From: an uncultured Bacteroidales bacterium
GTDB lineage: Bacteria > Bacteroidota > Bacteroidia > Bacteroidales > Bacteroidaceae
Assembly: GCA_902788315.1 (NCBI GenBank)
Contig: CADAJS010000001.1
Span: 171,962-235,961 of the forward strand
Direction of reading: 5' to 3'
DNA length: 64,000 bases
In this document: in pieces, positions 37,091-47,445 of the stretch
Layout: each line of letters starts with the position of its first letter
Numbering within the stretch: the stretch's first letter is position 1
Notes under the pieces: model-generated
What the model saw: the letters and a program-made list of their open reading frames with translations, nothing else
Databases searched by the model: none
Told to the model about the DNA's origin: nothing
Made by a program: the position numbers and the translations under genes

Positions 37091-38389
37091 ATGGACATTT
37101 ATAATTTAGCATACATATATTTCTCAATCGGTTATGATACTGATTATAGGAGAATGCCCAAAATTGATAAGCTTTTCTCAAAATTTTATTTAACTGGCTT
37201 CTTATTCTTTTTTTTACGGTTTATTGGTTCTTTTTTTAAATATGGTTTTTGCCTACCGAAAAGAATGGAAGATGATGGAGGGGGCTTTCTTATTTGGGGA
37301 CTAACGATTAATAACAAGACAACACTTTCTCCACTTATTACGGAATTAAAGAAAAAAGGGGAGCATATTGATGCAATAACTGATAGATCGTCATTCCCTA
37401 TGTGGAAATTGTATCTGTATTCAATAAGATATCTACCTTCTTTAATTAAAGAAATAGTAAAAGCGTCTAAAGAAAACAAGAGGATTTTTAGGAGTAGATT
37501 TGCGCTTATATGGAGAGCATACGGCAGTTATAAATTAGCTATTGAAATGCTAAATAAATACGCTCCCAAATTTGTCGTTGTGGCTTCTGATCAAGATCCT
37601 TTTGCCCGAGCTTTGGTTAGTAAGGCACGAGAAAATGATATTAGAACTGTATATGTTCAGCATGCTGCTGTTACAAATAAATTCCCACCTCTTGACTTTT
37701 CATTCTCTTTTTTGGACGGAAAAGAGTCTTTGTCAAAATATAAGCAAGCTGGAGAAATAAAAGGAACAATTGTGCTAAGTGGCGGAGTGAGGTTTGATCG
37801 AGTTTTAACCCCTCATAAATCGCCACAAAACATGGTTGGTGTTGCGATTAATACTATTGATGACAAGAAAAAAGTAAAAGAACTGTGTATGTATTTGATA
37901 TCGAATAATATCGATGTCGTTTTTCGGCCACATCCAACTATGAATAAAAGTGACTGGAAAGTATGGTGTAAAAAAAACAATGTAAGTTTTTCTGATCCAG
38001 ACAACGAAGATTCGTTTCAGTTCCTTACAGGTATAAACTTATTGGTCTCTAATCAATCTTCAATCCATTTGGATGCAGCCATTATCGGCACAAAATCTAC
38101 GCTGTACAATTTTTCAAATGGAATACAGAATGATTACTATGGTTTCCTAGCAAATGACCTTATTAAGGAATCTCATACACATGAAGAAATAATTATGTTG
38201 TTGAAGGACAACAAGGGTGTTAATACTAATGTTCGATATTATAATTCTTCTTCACAAACTGATTTTTTTGGCTATGTTTCAAAGCTAATTTGTATTATTT
38301 TGTTAGACTTATGTAATGATATAACCTTAAATGGACGGCTAAAAAAGATTGACGCAAGTGACAACTTCGTTGTTTACGATATCATATAA
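37091..38389 (+). CDS. uncharacterised protein, possible GT-B-type (non)ulosonic acid transferase
   Basis: The protein is 432 aa. VVFRPHPTMN (an HP motif) is followed about 45 aa later by LVSNQSSIHLDAAIIG. I did not recognise a named family. The gene lies next to the acetyltransferase inside the AT-rich core. Confidence 0.45.
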   Translation: MDIYNLAYIYFSIGYDTDYRRMPKIDKLFSKFYLTGFLFFFLRFIGSFFKYGFCLPKRMEDDGGGFLIWGLTINNKTTLSPLITELKKKGEHIDAITDRSSFPMWKLYLYSIRYLPSLIKEIVKASKENKRIFRSRFALIWRAYGSYKLAIEMLNKYAPKFVVVASDQDPFARALVSKARENDIRTVYVQHAAVTNKFPPLDFSFSFLDGKESLSKYKQAGEIKGTIVLSGGVRFDRVLTPHKSPQNMVGVAINTIDDKKKVKELCMYLISNNIDVVFRPHPTMNKSDWKVWCKKNNVSFSDPDNEDSFQFLTGINLLVSNQSSIHLDAAIIGTKSTLYNFSNGIQNDYYGFLANDLIKESHTHEEIIMLLKDNKGVNTNVRYYNSSSQTDFFGYVSKLICIILLDLCNDITLNGRLKKIDASDNFVVYDII

Positions 38390-38550
38390 GTTCATTATTA
38401 TATACACTTTTTTGTTATACATCATTAAATAACAAGAACCCGTGATAGAAATAAATTTTAAGTATAAAATACCATGTGAGAATTTGACATTCTCCTGATA
38501 TTTATAAAATTAAGTGAAGTTAAATATTAAGTTATCTTAACAAACAATTT

Positions 38551-39255
38551 ATGTATGGTGTTACATTTAAGAACAAGGTGAACTGCTATTCGTTCAGTTC
38601 GTTTGATGAAATAATTGACTACGTGTCGGACAAAAAGGGCATATTGGTGGCCATTAACGCCGAGAAAATTCTTCATGCCACAGACCAGACGCGTGACATC
38701 ATTAACCGCAATATTGGCTATAGCGACGGAATAGGTGCTGTGATGGCATTGAAGAAGCATGGATGCAAGGATGCCGTGAAAATACCTGGCTGTGAGCTTT
38801 GGCTGAAAATTGTAGAAAAACTGGTTCCGCAGGGGAAAAGCTTTTATTTGGTGGGAGGCAAGCAGGAAGTGATTGAAAAGACCATAACAAGGCTGAAAGA
38901 GGATTTCAAAGGTATCCAGATTGTGGGGTATCGAAATGGATACATCAAAACTGATAAAGAGAAGCAGGATTTGATTGCGGACATCGTGGATAAGAAGCCA
39001 GATGTGGTGTTTGTGGCTATGGGGAGTCCGAAACAAGAGTTATTGATGGAGGAAATGAATAAACGTCATAGAGCAATATATCAAGGCTTAGGTGGTAGTT
39101 TTGATGTATATACCGGACATGTGGAACGAGCCCCTAAGTGGTGGGTTGAACATAATCTTGAGTTTGCTTACAGACTTGTGAAACAACCGAGTCGTATTAA
39201 ACGTCAGATACATCTTATAAGATTTCCTGTTATGGTGAAGCTGGGGCTGATTTGA
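38551..39255 (+). CDS. WecG/TagA/CpsF-family glycosyltransferase (GT26, ManNAc/ManNAcA transferase type)
   Basis: LVAINAEK, SDGIG, YLVGG, VAMGSPKQE and QGLGGSFDV are present, as is typical of GT26. Confidence 0.85.
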   Translation: MYGVTFKNKVNCYSFSSFDEIIDYVSDKKGILVAINAEKILHATDQTRDIINRNIGYSDGIGAVMALKKHGCKDAVKIPGCELWLKIVEKLVPQGKSFYLVGGKQEVIEKTITRLKEDFKGIQIVGYRNGYIKTDKEKQDLIADIVDKKPDVVFVAMGSPKQELLMEEMNKRHRAIYQGLGGSFDVYTGHVERAPKWWVEHNLEFAYRLVKQPSRIKRQIHLIRFPVMVKLGLI

Positions 39256-39257
39256 CC

Positions 39258-40280
39258 ATGAGTGTATTTATCGAACTGCTTCAAGTGGCATTAAGAAGCC
39301 GTGAATGTTTGTCCCGGATTCCCGATGTAGCAGAATGGGAATTGATTTATGATGAGGCTGAACGCCAAGCCGTGCTTGGCATAATGCTCGACGGGCTTGA
39401 ACGGCTTCCACAAGAACAGTTGCCTCCTGCCATCTTGAAACTACAATGGATTGGGGCGGCAAGGATGGTGGAAGCTGTTACACAACAGAATAAGGCACGT
39501 TCAAAAGAACTGTCGGCAAACGTTAAAGTTGTTGGATTTAATGGATGTGTCTTAAAGGGTGTCGCAATAGCTCGGTATTATCCAACGCCCATGCGCAGGC
39601 AATGCGGGGATATTGACCTGTGGGCGTTTGGACGCAGAAAGGATGTAATGGCCCGGTTGAAAAGAGACTATTCCATAGAACATAACGTGTGGCACCATGT
39701 CGGGGTTAGGATGTTTGAGGACGTGCCTGTGGAGATTCATTTCCATCCTGCTTGGTTGTATAATCCTTTATGTAATTGGCGATTACAACGATGGCTTAAT
39801 AGGGCTGGAAGTTGGGGGGATAAGCAAAATGACGGATACAATGTCATGCCTGTGAAGTTTGATGCCGTTTTTTCATTGCTACATACCTATAGGCATTTGT
39901 TGGCAGAGGGCATCGGAATAAGGCACATCGTGGATTATTACTACATCTTAAAGGCTCTGCCTGCAGAAGATAGAACAGACGTAGTTGAGGACTTGAAAAG
40001 TTTTGGACTTTTGAAACTCGCAAAGGCAATGATGTGGGTACTGCGGGAGATCTGCGGCGCGAAGGATGGACTTTTACTTTGTGAACCCAGTGAGAAAGAG
40101 GGGCGTTTCCTGTTGGATGAGATCATGAGAGGTGGCAACTTCGGATATTATCGTAAGGATAACAGGAAGCGAAACTCCGTGGCCCGCATGTGCGCTTTGC
40201 TACCCCATTATCCCCGGGAAGTCCTGTGGATGGTGCCATGGAAATTATGGCATAAGGGATGGCGGATGGTTAATTCATAG
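39258..40280 (+). CDS. nucleotidyltransferase-fold family protein common in Bacteroidales capsule loci
   Basis: LKGVAIARYYPTPMRRQCGDIDLW has a GD-x-D-like nucleotidyltransferase motif. The start is set at the ATG at 39258, just after the GT26 stop. Confidence 0.6.
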   Translation: MSVFIELLQVALRSRECLSRIPDVAEWELIYDEAERQAVLGIMLDGLERLPQEQLPPAILKLQWIGAARMVEAVTQQNKARSKELSANVKVVGFNGCVLKGVAIARYYPTPMRRQCGDIDLWAFGRRKDVMARLKRDYSIEHNVWHHVGVRMFEDVPVEIHFHPAWLYNPLCNWRLQRWLNRAGSWGDKQNDGYNVMPVKFDAVFSLLHTYRHLLAEGIGIRHIVDYYYILKALPAEDRTDVVEDLKSFGLLKLAKAMMWVLREICGAKDGLLLCEPSEKEGRFLLDEIMRGGNFGYYRKDNRKRNSVARMCALLPHYPREVLWMVPWKLWHKGWRMVNS

Positions 40281-40333
40281 TTCTGAAGTTCTGGACTAAG
40301 GGTTTTAGAGCAAATATCTGATAAAATAACAAT

Positions 40334-41785
40334 ATGATTGTCTTGTTACAATTGGTGGCGGCATCATTGATGTCGCTGATGGCTGTCGTCTGGATTTTTC
40401 CCCGAATACTGAAGATTGCAAAGGTGAAGGGACTGGTGGACAATCCAAACGCGAGGAAACTGCAAAAGGTGCCCGTACCTGTGCTCGGTGGCATTGCGGT
40501 AATATTTGGGCTGTTTGCAGGGTATCTGACGTTCTTGGCCCTGATCGGTCCTGAGCCGCAATCGGTTACACGGAGTTTGGCTCCTGTCCTGCTTGGAACA
40601 AGTATGATGTTGTATGTGGGAAGTCTCGACGATATATTGGGACTGACCCCGAGGATACGACTGATGATTGAGATGCTGGTGATGCTGGGGCTGATATATG
40701 GCTCGGGGATATGTGCCGATTCGTTTCACGGGTTGTTTGGCATAGATGAATTCTCGTGGTGGTTAGCAGTTCCTTTGACTGTGTTTGCCGGTGTGGGGCT
40801 GATTAATGCCTACAACATGGTGGATGGCGTGAACGGCCTTTCAAGCGGATTGTCTATCACGGGTGCTTGCATGATAGGTTACTTATGCTATAAGCGATGT
40901 GACTATTTGAATGCAGCTTTGGCATTCTGCTTTGCCGCCAGCTTGTTTCCCTTTCTGATGCATAATGTGTTTGGCCGGCGTTCCAAGATGTTCATCGGTG
41001 ACGGCGGCACGATGGTGATGGGCCTGCTGGTCAGTTGGTTCACGATGCGTGTGCTGACTGTGGAGAATGCGGAATCGCTCGAAAACATGACGCACGGAGG
41101 CCGGGAACTGGGCGTAGTGCCGATGATGACGGCCATCGTCTGTGTGCCGGTGTTTGACACCTTACGGGTGATGACGGCGCGGATATTCAAGGGCGTAAGT
41201 CCCTTCAAACCAGACAAGACGCATCTACATCACGTCTTCATTGCCGTGGGGGTAAGTCATTCCATAACTTCCCTTAGCGAGATTCTGATTAACTTCATTG
41301 TAGTGGCAATCTGGTTCATTGCATACAAGGCCGGGATGTCCGTAAATGTCCAGTTTGTGGTGGTCATGGTGACTGCCGGCGCACTGGTATGGGGTATGTA
41401 CTTCTTCTTGAACAGAGTGGTAAGGCATAATACGGACTCATGGATTCGTAAATTCTCCCTGAAGACTCATTTTGGGAAAAAAATCTGGTGGCAAAGGTTG
41501 GAGAAGTGGTTAGACAAGGGGGCATACGAGGATTATCTCATGATATTGAAGGAACGTCTAAATAAAAAACCTGAAGAAATGACATACAAGGAGAAGGATA
41601 TTGCTGCAATCCTGAACTACATGCAGGATAAGAAGAGCGTGGCGGTGGAGGACATCAAGAATGAGAGCGGCGCCGAGCCGATGCGCGTACATACCATACT
41701 CTTCGAATTGGAACAGAAGGATGTGATAGAGGTGTTGTCAAGGGAGATGCTTGGCGCGGCCAAAAACGTAAGACTATGCCATTAG
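40334..41785 (+). CDS. WecA/MraY-family initiating sugar-phosphate transferase with a soluble C-terminal extension
   Basis: The motif NAYNMVDGVNGL is present with about 10 TM helices. A hydrophilic tail of about 120 aa ends the protein (from about 41410). Confidence 0.85.
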   Translation: MIVLLQLVAASLMSLMAVVWIFPRILKIAKVKGLVDNPNARKLQKVPVPVLGGIAVIFGLFAGYLTFLALIGPEPQSVTRSLAPVLLGTSMMLYVGSLDDILGLTPRIRLMIEMLVMLGLIYGSGICADSFHGLFGIDEFSWWLAVPLTVFAGVGLINAYNMVDGVNGLSSGLSITGACMIGYLCYKRCDYLNAALAFCFAASLFPFLMHNVFGRRSKMFIGDGGTMVMGLLVSWFTMRVLTVENAESLENMTHGGRELGVVPMMTAIVCVPVFDTLRVMTARIFKGVSPFKPDKTHLHHVFIAVGVSHSITSLSEILINFIVVAIWFIAYKAGMSVNVQFVVVMVTAGALVWGMYFFLNRVVRHNTDSWIRKFSLKTHFGKKIWWQRLEKWLDKGAYEDYLMILKERLNKKPEEMTYKEKDIAAILNYMQDKKSVAVEDIKNESGAEPMRVHTILFELEQKDVIEVLSREMLGAAKNVRLCH

Positions 41786-42228
41786 CCGACAGTCGGGGAA
41801 TGAAAAGGCTGGACAGCAAACTTTTCGATGAGATTCTGTCCTTGGCAGAGGCTTCACCGCGCCGCCGTATGCACTATGATTTGCGTACTGCGGCCGAGGA
41901 GGAGGGTTGGGAGGACATGAGTCAGCGCATGCTGAATGTGATGATGGCCGACACGAAGATTCCCATTCACCGACATTCGGAAACGAATGAGGTGGTGATA
42001 GTGCTCAGGGGGAGTGGATGTGAGGTGATGTACGATGAATTTGGGAACGAAACAGAGCGCACCGAAATGTGTGCCAGTAAAGATTGTCCCGGAGTTGTGG
42101 TACCCAGAGGAGCATGGCACACATTCATCGCTTACGAGGATGGTACGGTTATCTTTGAGGCCAAGGATCGACCCTATGATTCGGTGAAAACGGAGGAAAT
42201 GCTATATGTCTGCGGTGGTGATGAATGA
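41776..42228 (+). CDS. WbuC-family cupin-fold protein
   Basis: SPRRRMHYDLRT, IHRHSETNEVVIVLRG and GAWHTF match the WbuC cupin pattern. An alternative start lies at 41800. Confidence 0.7.
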   Translation: MPLADSRGMKRLDSKLFDEILSLAEASPRRRMHYDLRTAAEEEGWEDMSQRMLNVMMADTKIPIHRHSETNEVVIVLRGSGCEVMYDEFGNETERTEMCASKDCPGVVVPRGAWHTFIAYEDGTVIFEAKDRPYDSVKTEEMLYVCGGDE

Positions 42229-44233
42229 GGGGCTGAGGGACTACCAGCAGGAGATGCTTGACAGGCTGTATGATGCCTGGAGGACGTATCAGAGCGTGAT
42301 GGTTCAGATGCCAACGGGGACGGGAAAGACTGTGCTCCTTGCGGAGGTCATCCGTCAATTCACAATGCATAATTCACAATGCATAGATGAGGGTGGAGTG
42401 CTGATTGTGGCGCATCGTATTGAACTCATCGAACAGATTTCACGGACGCTGGACAGGTTCGGAATTGTACATGGGCTGATTGTCAGCGGAAAGGCGATTG
42501 ACAGGACGAAGCCGGTGCAGGTAGCGAGCATACAGACGCTTTCGCGACGAATAGAACAAACCGCGATTGATCCTTCGCTGGTTGTCATCGACGAGGCACA
42601 CCATGCTCTGGCCAAGACGTACAAGATGCTTTGGGACAGATGGCCTTCTGCTAAGTTCCTCGGGCTGACGGCTACTCCATGCCGAATGAACCATGCCGGC
42701 TTCACGGAGTTGTTCCGCAGGATACTGGTGTCGTGGCCCATCCAGGAGTTCATCGACAAGGGCTGGCTCTCGGACTTCGACTACATCTCCGACCGTCCCG
42801 ACAACCCGATGATGCAAAGGATAGCCAGACTGGAGAAGCGCGGTGCTGACGGTGACTATCAGACGAAGGAGATGGCTGCGGTGATGGATGTGCCGGAGAG
42901 CATCGAGCATCTGTTTGGCACCTACAAGCAATACGTTGATGGCAAGAAGGGCATCGTCTATGCCATCGACCGCGAACATGCACGGCACATCACAGAATAC
43001 TACCAAGAACATGGCGTCAGCTGCTGCTGGATTGAGGCTAAGACACCTGCCGCAGAACGTGAGCGCCTGATTGAGGATTATCGTGCCGACAGGATAAAGG
43101 TCTGCGTAAACGTGGACATCCTCGGCGAGGGAGTGGATTTCCCTGAAGTAGAGTTCATACAACTGGCACGTCCCACTTTGTCACTGTCGAAGTACCTTCA
43201 ACAGGTAGGGCGCGGCATGCGCGTCAGCGAGGGCAAGGAGTGTGTGACCATCCTTGACCAGGTTGGCTTGTATCAGACCTTCGGCCTGCCCACCGACGAA
43301 CGCGACTGGATCGGGATGTTCACCGGCAAGATTACCGGTAAGGCGAGAGCGGGAGGAGAACGTCCCGTCATCATCAGAGACGATGAGGATGAGAAAGAAC
43401 TTGTCAATCTCGAGATGGTGCGCATCAAACGACGCGGGGAGAAGCACACGGGCGTGGAGATATTCATGCAGGGCGGCAAGTATGGCGTAATGTATGACGG
43501 GAATATCACATGTCCCGCTGTGTTTGAGCATATCAGAAGGATCTCGGATGGATACTTCGCACTGGCTACCTATCCTTATCATATATATGAGAATAAGGTG
43601 ACGGTGATTGACCTGCAAGGGCACGACCTGAATATGTCGCTGTACGGAAAGGTGAGACAGGAGGGTGACTTGTTCTATGGCAGGTCTTCCTCCGGCAAGA
43701 TGGTCTATTGGGATGGGAAGGGCATGACTTACTATGACACCCTCCCCGAATTCGAACGTGTGGGAAACCTCGACATGACAAGAGTAGGCACAGGCCAATA
43801 CACGTTGAGAAGGCCGTCACCTCTCATGCCGCATGCAGTAAGCAAGAAGGACATCTTCTATAATGACAAGCTGACGGTCATCGGTGACATCATCATCCTG
43901 AACGACGGGAAATCAACGGTACTGAAGCCCAAATGGTATTTCGGGCATAAGGTGCAAGTCGATGCGAGGAAGGAAGGGAAAAGGCTATACAGGTGGGTTA
44001 CATTGTCGGAGGGGCTTACCGATGAATACTCGACATACTTCTCCAACGGCAGCAGCCGTCCCTATTGGGAGGATGCCAAGATGATAAATGCAGCCACGGG
44101 AAAGATGGAGTACCTGAGTCCAGAATGGGTAAGGCAACAGAGATGGCGGAAAGCTTTCGAGGGTCTGCGCGGCAAGTTGTCGCAGGAAAGGAATAGTTGG
44201 TCATTTCCGAAGAAATGGTATAGGCGCACTTAG
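42206..44233 (+). CDS. superfamily-2 DEAH helicase (ResIII-like) fused to a C-terminal repeat domain of about 270 aa
   Basis: Motif I is QMPTGTGKT, motif II VVIDEAHH, motif III GLTATP and motif VI QQVGRGMR. The C-terminal part has KYGV/DGYF-type repeats resembling WG/KWG beta-repeats. Confidence 0.8.
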   Translation: MSAVVMNEGLRDYQQEMLDRLYDAWRTYQSVMVQMPTGTGKTVLLAEVIRQFTMHNSQCIDEGGVLIVAHRIELIEQISRTLDRFGIVHGLIVSGKAIDRTKPVQVASIQTLSRRIEQTAIDPSLVVIDEAHHALAKTYKMLWDRWPSAKFLGLTATPCRMNHAGFTELFRRILVSWPIQEFIDKGWLSDFDYISDRPDNPMMQRIARLEKRGADGDYQTKEMAAVMDVPESIEHLFGTYKQYVDGKKGIVYAIDREHARHITEYYQEHGVSCCWIEAKTPAAERERLIEDYRADRIKVCVNVDILGEGVDFPEVEFIQLARPTLSLSKYLQQVGRGMRVSEGKECVTILDQVGLYQTFGLPTDERDWIGMFTGKITGKARAGGERPVIIRDDEDEKELVNLEMVRIKRRGEKHTGVEIFMQGGKYGVMYDGNITCPAVFEHIRRISDGYFALATYPYHIYENKVTVIDLQGHDLNMSLYGKVRQEGDLFYGRSSSGKMVYWDGKGMTYYDTLPEFERVGNLDMTRVGTGQYTLRRPSPLMPHAVSKKDIFYNDKLTVIGDIIILNDGKSTVLKPKWYFGHKVQVDARKEGKRLYRWVTLSEGLTDEYSTYFSNGSSRPYWEDAKMINAATGKMEYLSPEWVRQQRWRKAFEGLRGKLSQERNSWSFPKKWYRRT

Positions 44234-44276
44234 AGAGGAAAAATAAATGAGGCCGTTAACGTTAAGCTAAACATCA

Positions 44277-44311
44277 GAGAGCCAGAACAGCAGTTTTGCA
44301 GTTCTGGCTCT
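44277..44311 (+). terminator. hairpin after the last gene of the polysaccharide operon
   Basis: The stem pairs AGAGCCAGAAC with GTTCTGGCTCT (11 bp). No U-tract follows. Confidence 0.35.
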
Positions 44312-44468
44312 CATCGTATTACAGCCGTTTATTTGCAAAAACATTGCACACTTATACGTTTTTGTGATTTACGGAAGTTAAATCATGCTGCACTTGCCGA
44401 CAAGGCCAGCCTGCGGGTCTTTCTGCCTGCACTACCTCCAAGACTTTGCGTTTCCCTAAGGGGGAGCC

Positions 44469-46058
44469 TCAGAACTCACTGGTGAAGTGGAAGCGAATGT
44501 GCTCGAAGTCCTGCTGTGCCATCTGCAGGACATAGCCCGAGTCGGCCAGGAAGACGTCGCGCCCCTCGCGGTCGCAGGCCATGTACTGGTACTTGCGCTT
44601 CTTGAAGGACTCGAGCTGCGCCTCGTCGTCACTCTCAATCCAGCAGGCTTTGTAGAGGCTCACGGGCTGCCACTTGCACTTGGCACCATACTCGTTCTCC
44701 AGGCGGTACTGTATGACCTCAAACTGAAGCTGGCCAACCGTGCCGATGAGCTTGCGACCATTGAACTGATTGATAAAGAGCTGTGCCACGCCCTCGTCCA
44801 TGAGCTGGTTGATGCCCTTCTCCAATTGCTTGGTCTTCATGGGGTCGGCATTCTCGATGTACTTGAACATCTCGGGCGAGAAGGACGGCAGACCACGATA
44901 ATGCAGCAGCTCACCCTCGGTAAGCGTGTCGCCGATCTTGAAGATGCCGTTGTCAGGCAGGCCGACGATGTCGCCCGGCCAGGCCTCGTCGATGGTCTCC
45001 TTGCGCTGGGCCATAAACTGTGTGGGGCTGGAGAAACGGAGCGTCTTGCCCTGACGCACATGGAGGTAAGGAGCATTGCGTACAAACTTGCCCGAGCACA
45101 CCTTGCAGAAGGCAATACACGAGCGGTGATTCGGGTCGATGTTGGCCGTTATCTTGAAGATGAAGCCAGTAAACTTAGGTTCGTCGGGAGTGACCATACG
45201 CTCCTCGGCCTGAGTGGGACGGGGGTATGGAGCGATGCGCACAAAGCAGTCGAGCAGTTCCTGCACGCCGAAATTATTCAGGGCAGAACCGAAAAAGACG
45301 GGAGCCACCTCGGCATCGAGATAGGACTGCACGCTGAACTCGGGATATACACCATCCACGAGTTCCAGGTCGTCGCGCAGCTTTTGGGCATCGTGCTCCC
45401 CGACCCGCTCGTCGAGCTCAGCAGAATCGAGCTCCACGCTGACCTTCTCTGTCACCTTCTGCTTGTCGGGAGTGAAGAGGTTGAGGTTTTGCTCGTAAAT
45501 ATTGTACACGCCCTTGAAACGCGCTCCCTGATTGATGGGCCACGAGAGGGGGCGCACACTGATCTGGAGTTCCTGCTCCAGCTCATCGAGCAAGTCGAAG
45601 GGGTCCTTGCCTTCACGGTCCATCTTGTTGATGAAGATTATCACGGGGGTCTTGCGCATGCGGCAGACGGTCATCAGCTTGCGAGTCTGTGCCTCGACAC
45701 CCTTTGCCCCGTCCACCACGATGATGGCACTGTCCACGGCGGTCAGTGTGCGGAAGGTGTCCTCGGCAAAGTCCTGGTGGCCGGGCGTATCGAGAATATT
45801 CACCTTGTACATATTCTCGGCATCGCCGGAGGGGGAATAGTCGAACTCCATGACGCTTGTCGTCACAGAGATTCCACGCTGCTTCTCTATCTCCATCCAG
45901 TCGCTGGTGGCCGTCTTCTTGATTTTATTGTTCTTCACTGCGCCGGCCACCTGAATCTGCCCGCCAAAGAGCAGGAGTTTCTCGGTCAGCGTGGTCTTTC
46001 CCGCATCGGGGTGAGAGATGATGGCAAATGTTCTGCGTCGTTCGATCTCGGGATTCAT
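44469..46058 (-). CDS. prfC: peptide chain release factor 3
   Basis: [30 protein letters not shown] and NKMDR are canonical. The length (529 aa) is typical of RF3. Confidence 0.95.
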   Translation of the reverse strand: MNPEIERRRTFAIISHPDAGKTTLTEKLLLFGGQIQVAGAVKNNKIKKTATSDWMEIEKQRGISVTTSVMEFDYSPSGDAENMYKVNILDTPGHQDFAEDTFRTLTAVDSAIIVVDGAKGVEAQTRKLMTVCRMRKTPVIIFINKMDREGKDPFDLLDELEQELQISVRPLSWPINQGARFKGVYNIYEQNLNLFTPDKQKVTEKVSVELDSAELDERVGEHDAQKLRDDLELVDGVYPEFSVQSYLDAEVAPVFFGSALNNFGVQELLDCFVRIAPYPRPTQAEERMVTPDEPKFTGFIFKITANIDPNHRSCIAFCKVCSGKFVRNAPYLHVRQGKTLRFSSPTQFMAQRKETIDEAWPGDIVGLPDNGIFKIGDTLTEGELLHYRGLPSFSPEMFKYIENADPMKTKQLEKGINQLMDEGVAQLFINQFNGRKLIGTVGQLQFEVIQYRLENEYGAKCKWQPVSLYKACWIESDDEAQLESFKKRKYQYMACDREGRDVFLADSGYVLQMAQQDFEHIRFHFTSEF

Positions 46059-46078
46059 AATTCTATATCTCGTTCTCT

Positions 46079-46603
46079 TTATTCATGTTCGTTATACAAT
46101 TGGGCCAGCAGTTCCAACCAGTGTGTGATGGGCTGCAAGGCCACCTGGGTCTCCGTCGAGATTTCACGACCCTGCATCTTCAGCACCGTAGCACCATAGA
46201 TGGCCTCCAGGGAGTTCTCAACCTCCCCCTTCTCCTTGTCGGCACCATGTGTTCGGAGATCCACGATTGAGGGCAGCGCCTTGTAATAGGCAGCGCTGTA
46301 GAAGGGTTGCTTCGCATCATGCAGGAGTTCCTGGTGGCGGTCGGTCATGAGCAAGATAGTATTGCGCACCACCTGCACGTGCCCGGCACGCTCACATCCC
46401 TCCTCATGCATCATCCGAACGAGTCCGCCATACCATTCGGCGACCTCCTTCGTCTGCGCCTCATCATAATGAAAGCGGGGAAGGTATTCGGCAACGATCC
46501 GATCGACGTCCAGGCCATAAGCACGGATGACATCCTCCACCTGAAACATATATATGACATAAGCAGTAATATTCTGCCCGCGAAGTTTCTTTGCTACTAA
46601 CAT
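46079..46603 (-). CDS. conserved hypothetical protein (DUF4924-like from memory)
   Basis: This is a clean 174-aa ORF co-oriented with and 20 nt upstream of prfC. I recognised no motifs with certainty. Confidence 0.5.
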   Translation of the reverse strand: MLVAKKLRGQNITAYVIYMFQVEDVIRAYGLDVDRIVAEYLPRFHYDEAQTKEVAEWYGGLVRMMHEEGCERAGHVQVVRNTILLMTDRHQELLHDAKQPFYSAAYYKALPSIVDLRTHGADKEKGEVENSLEAIYGATVLKMQGREISTETQVALQPITHWLELLAQLYNEHE

Positions 46604-46668
46604 TATTCTTCCTTATCTGTTCCTCCGTTTCCCAAATCCCAAATTCTATAGTCCTCCAACTCCTATTC

Positions 46669-47316
46669 CTATATATAATATAAGGTATAGGCAAACCCTG
46701 CCACAGCTGCCAGCATGACCAGAATGCCAATCGCCTTATTCAGCCGTACGACACTGCTCAGGCGGAAGCGCATCCTCACACGGTCTATCGCTCCCGAAAG
46801 ACAGAACCACCAGAGGCAGGCACCCACCACGATGGCGGCAAAACCAAAGATGTACTCCAGACCATACTCGGGACGGATGAAGCCCACGCTGTCAAAGAGA
46901 GCAATGAAAAGCACGATGACAAGCGGATTGCTGATGGACACGAGAAAGCCCGTGAGCATATTGTTTGCTAACGTGCCGCGGCTATGGCTGGGCGAAGTCA
47001 TATCATGCGGCCTGGCTTTGTAGGTGTACAGGCCAAAGAGGAAGAGCATGATGCTCCCGCCAAGCTTGAAGTAGTCCACCGACGGCGAATTACTGAAGAA
47101 TTCCATCACGGCATGCATGCCGAGGGCGGTCAGGATGGCATAGAGCAAATCACTCACCACAGCCCCAAGACCCGTGACGAAACCATACCAACGACCCTTG
47201 TTCAGTGTCCGGCGAACAGCCAACACACCCACAGGGCCCATCGGCGCACTCGCGATGATGCCCACAATCAGTCCTTTGACCACAAGGACCATCGTATTTA
47301 TCGGGTTCAAAAGCAT
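46669..47316 (-). CDS. LysE/RhtB-family amino-acid exporter
   Basis: GIIASAPMGPVGVLAVRRTL and six hydrophobic segments are present. The start is trimmed to MLLNPINT at 47316. The upstream part of the 424-aa track ORF is antisense to the ROK gene. Confidence 0.8.
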   Translation of the reverse strand: MLLNPINTMVLVVKGLIVGIIASAPMGPVGVLAVRRTLNKGRWYGFVTGLGAVVSDLLYAILTALGMHAVMEFFSNSPSVDYFKLGGSIMLFLFGLYTYKARPHDMTSPSHSRGTLANNMLTGFLVSISNPLVIVLFIALFDSVGFIRPEYGLEYIFGFAAIVVGACLWWFCLSGAIDRVRMRFRLSSVVRLNKAIGILVMLAAVAGFAYTLYYI

Positions 47317-47397
47317 ATTAGGCTGCAAATTTCGCGTTTTTTTTCGACTTATGACACTTTTTTCGGGAAAAAGTGAGGAATTATCCGAGGAAATGCC

Positions 47398-47405
47398 TAC
47401 CTTTG
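47398..47405 (+). promoter_or_regulatory. Bacteroidetes -7 box (TAccTTTG) for the ROK kinase gene
   Basis: TACCTTTG lies 41 nt upstream of the ATG at 47446. Confidence 0.55.
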
Positions 47406-47445
47406 TAGAGAACAATCCCCAACAAACAACATAATCATATTCAAC

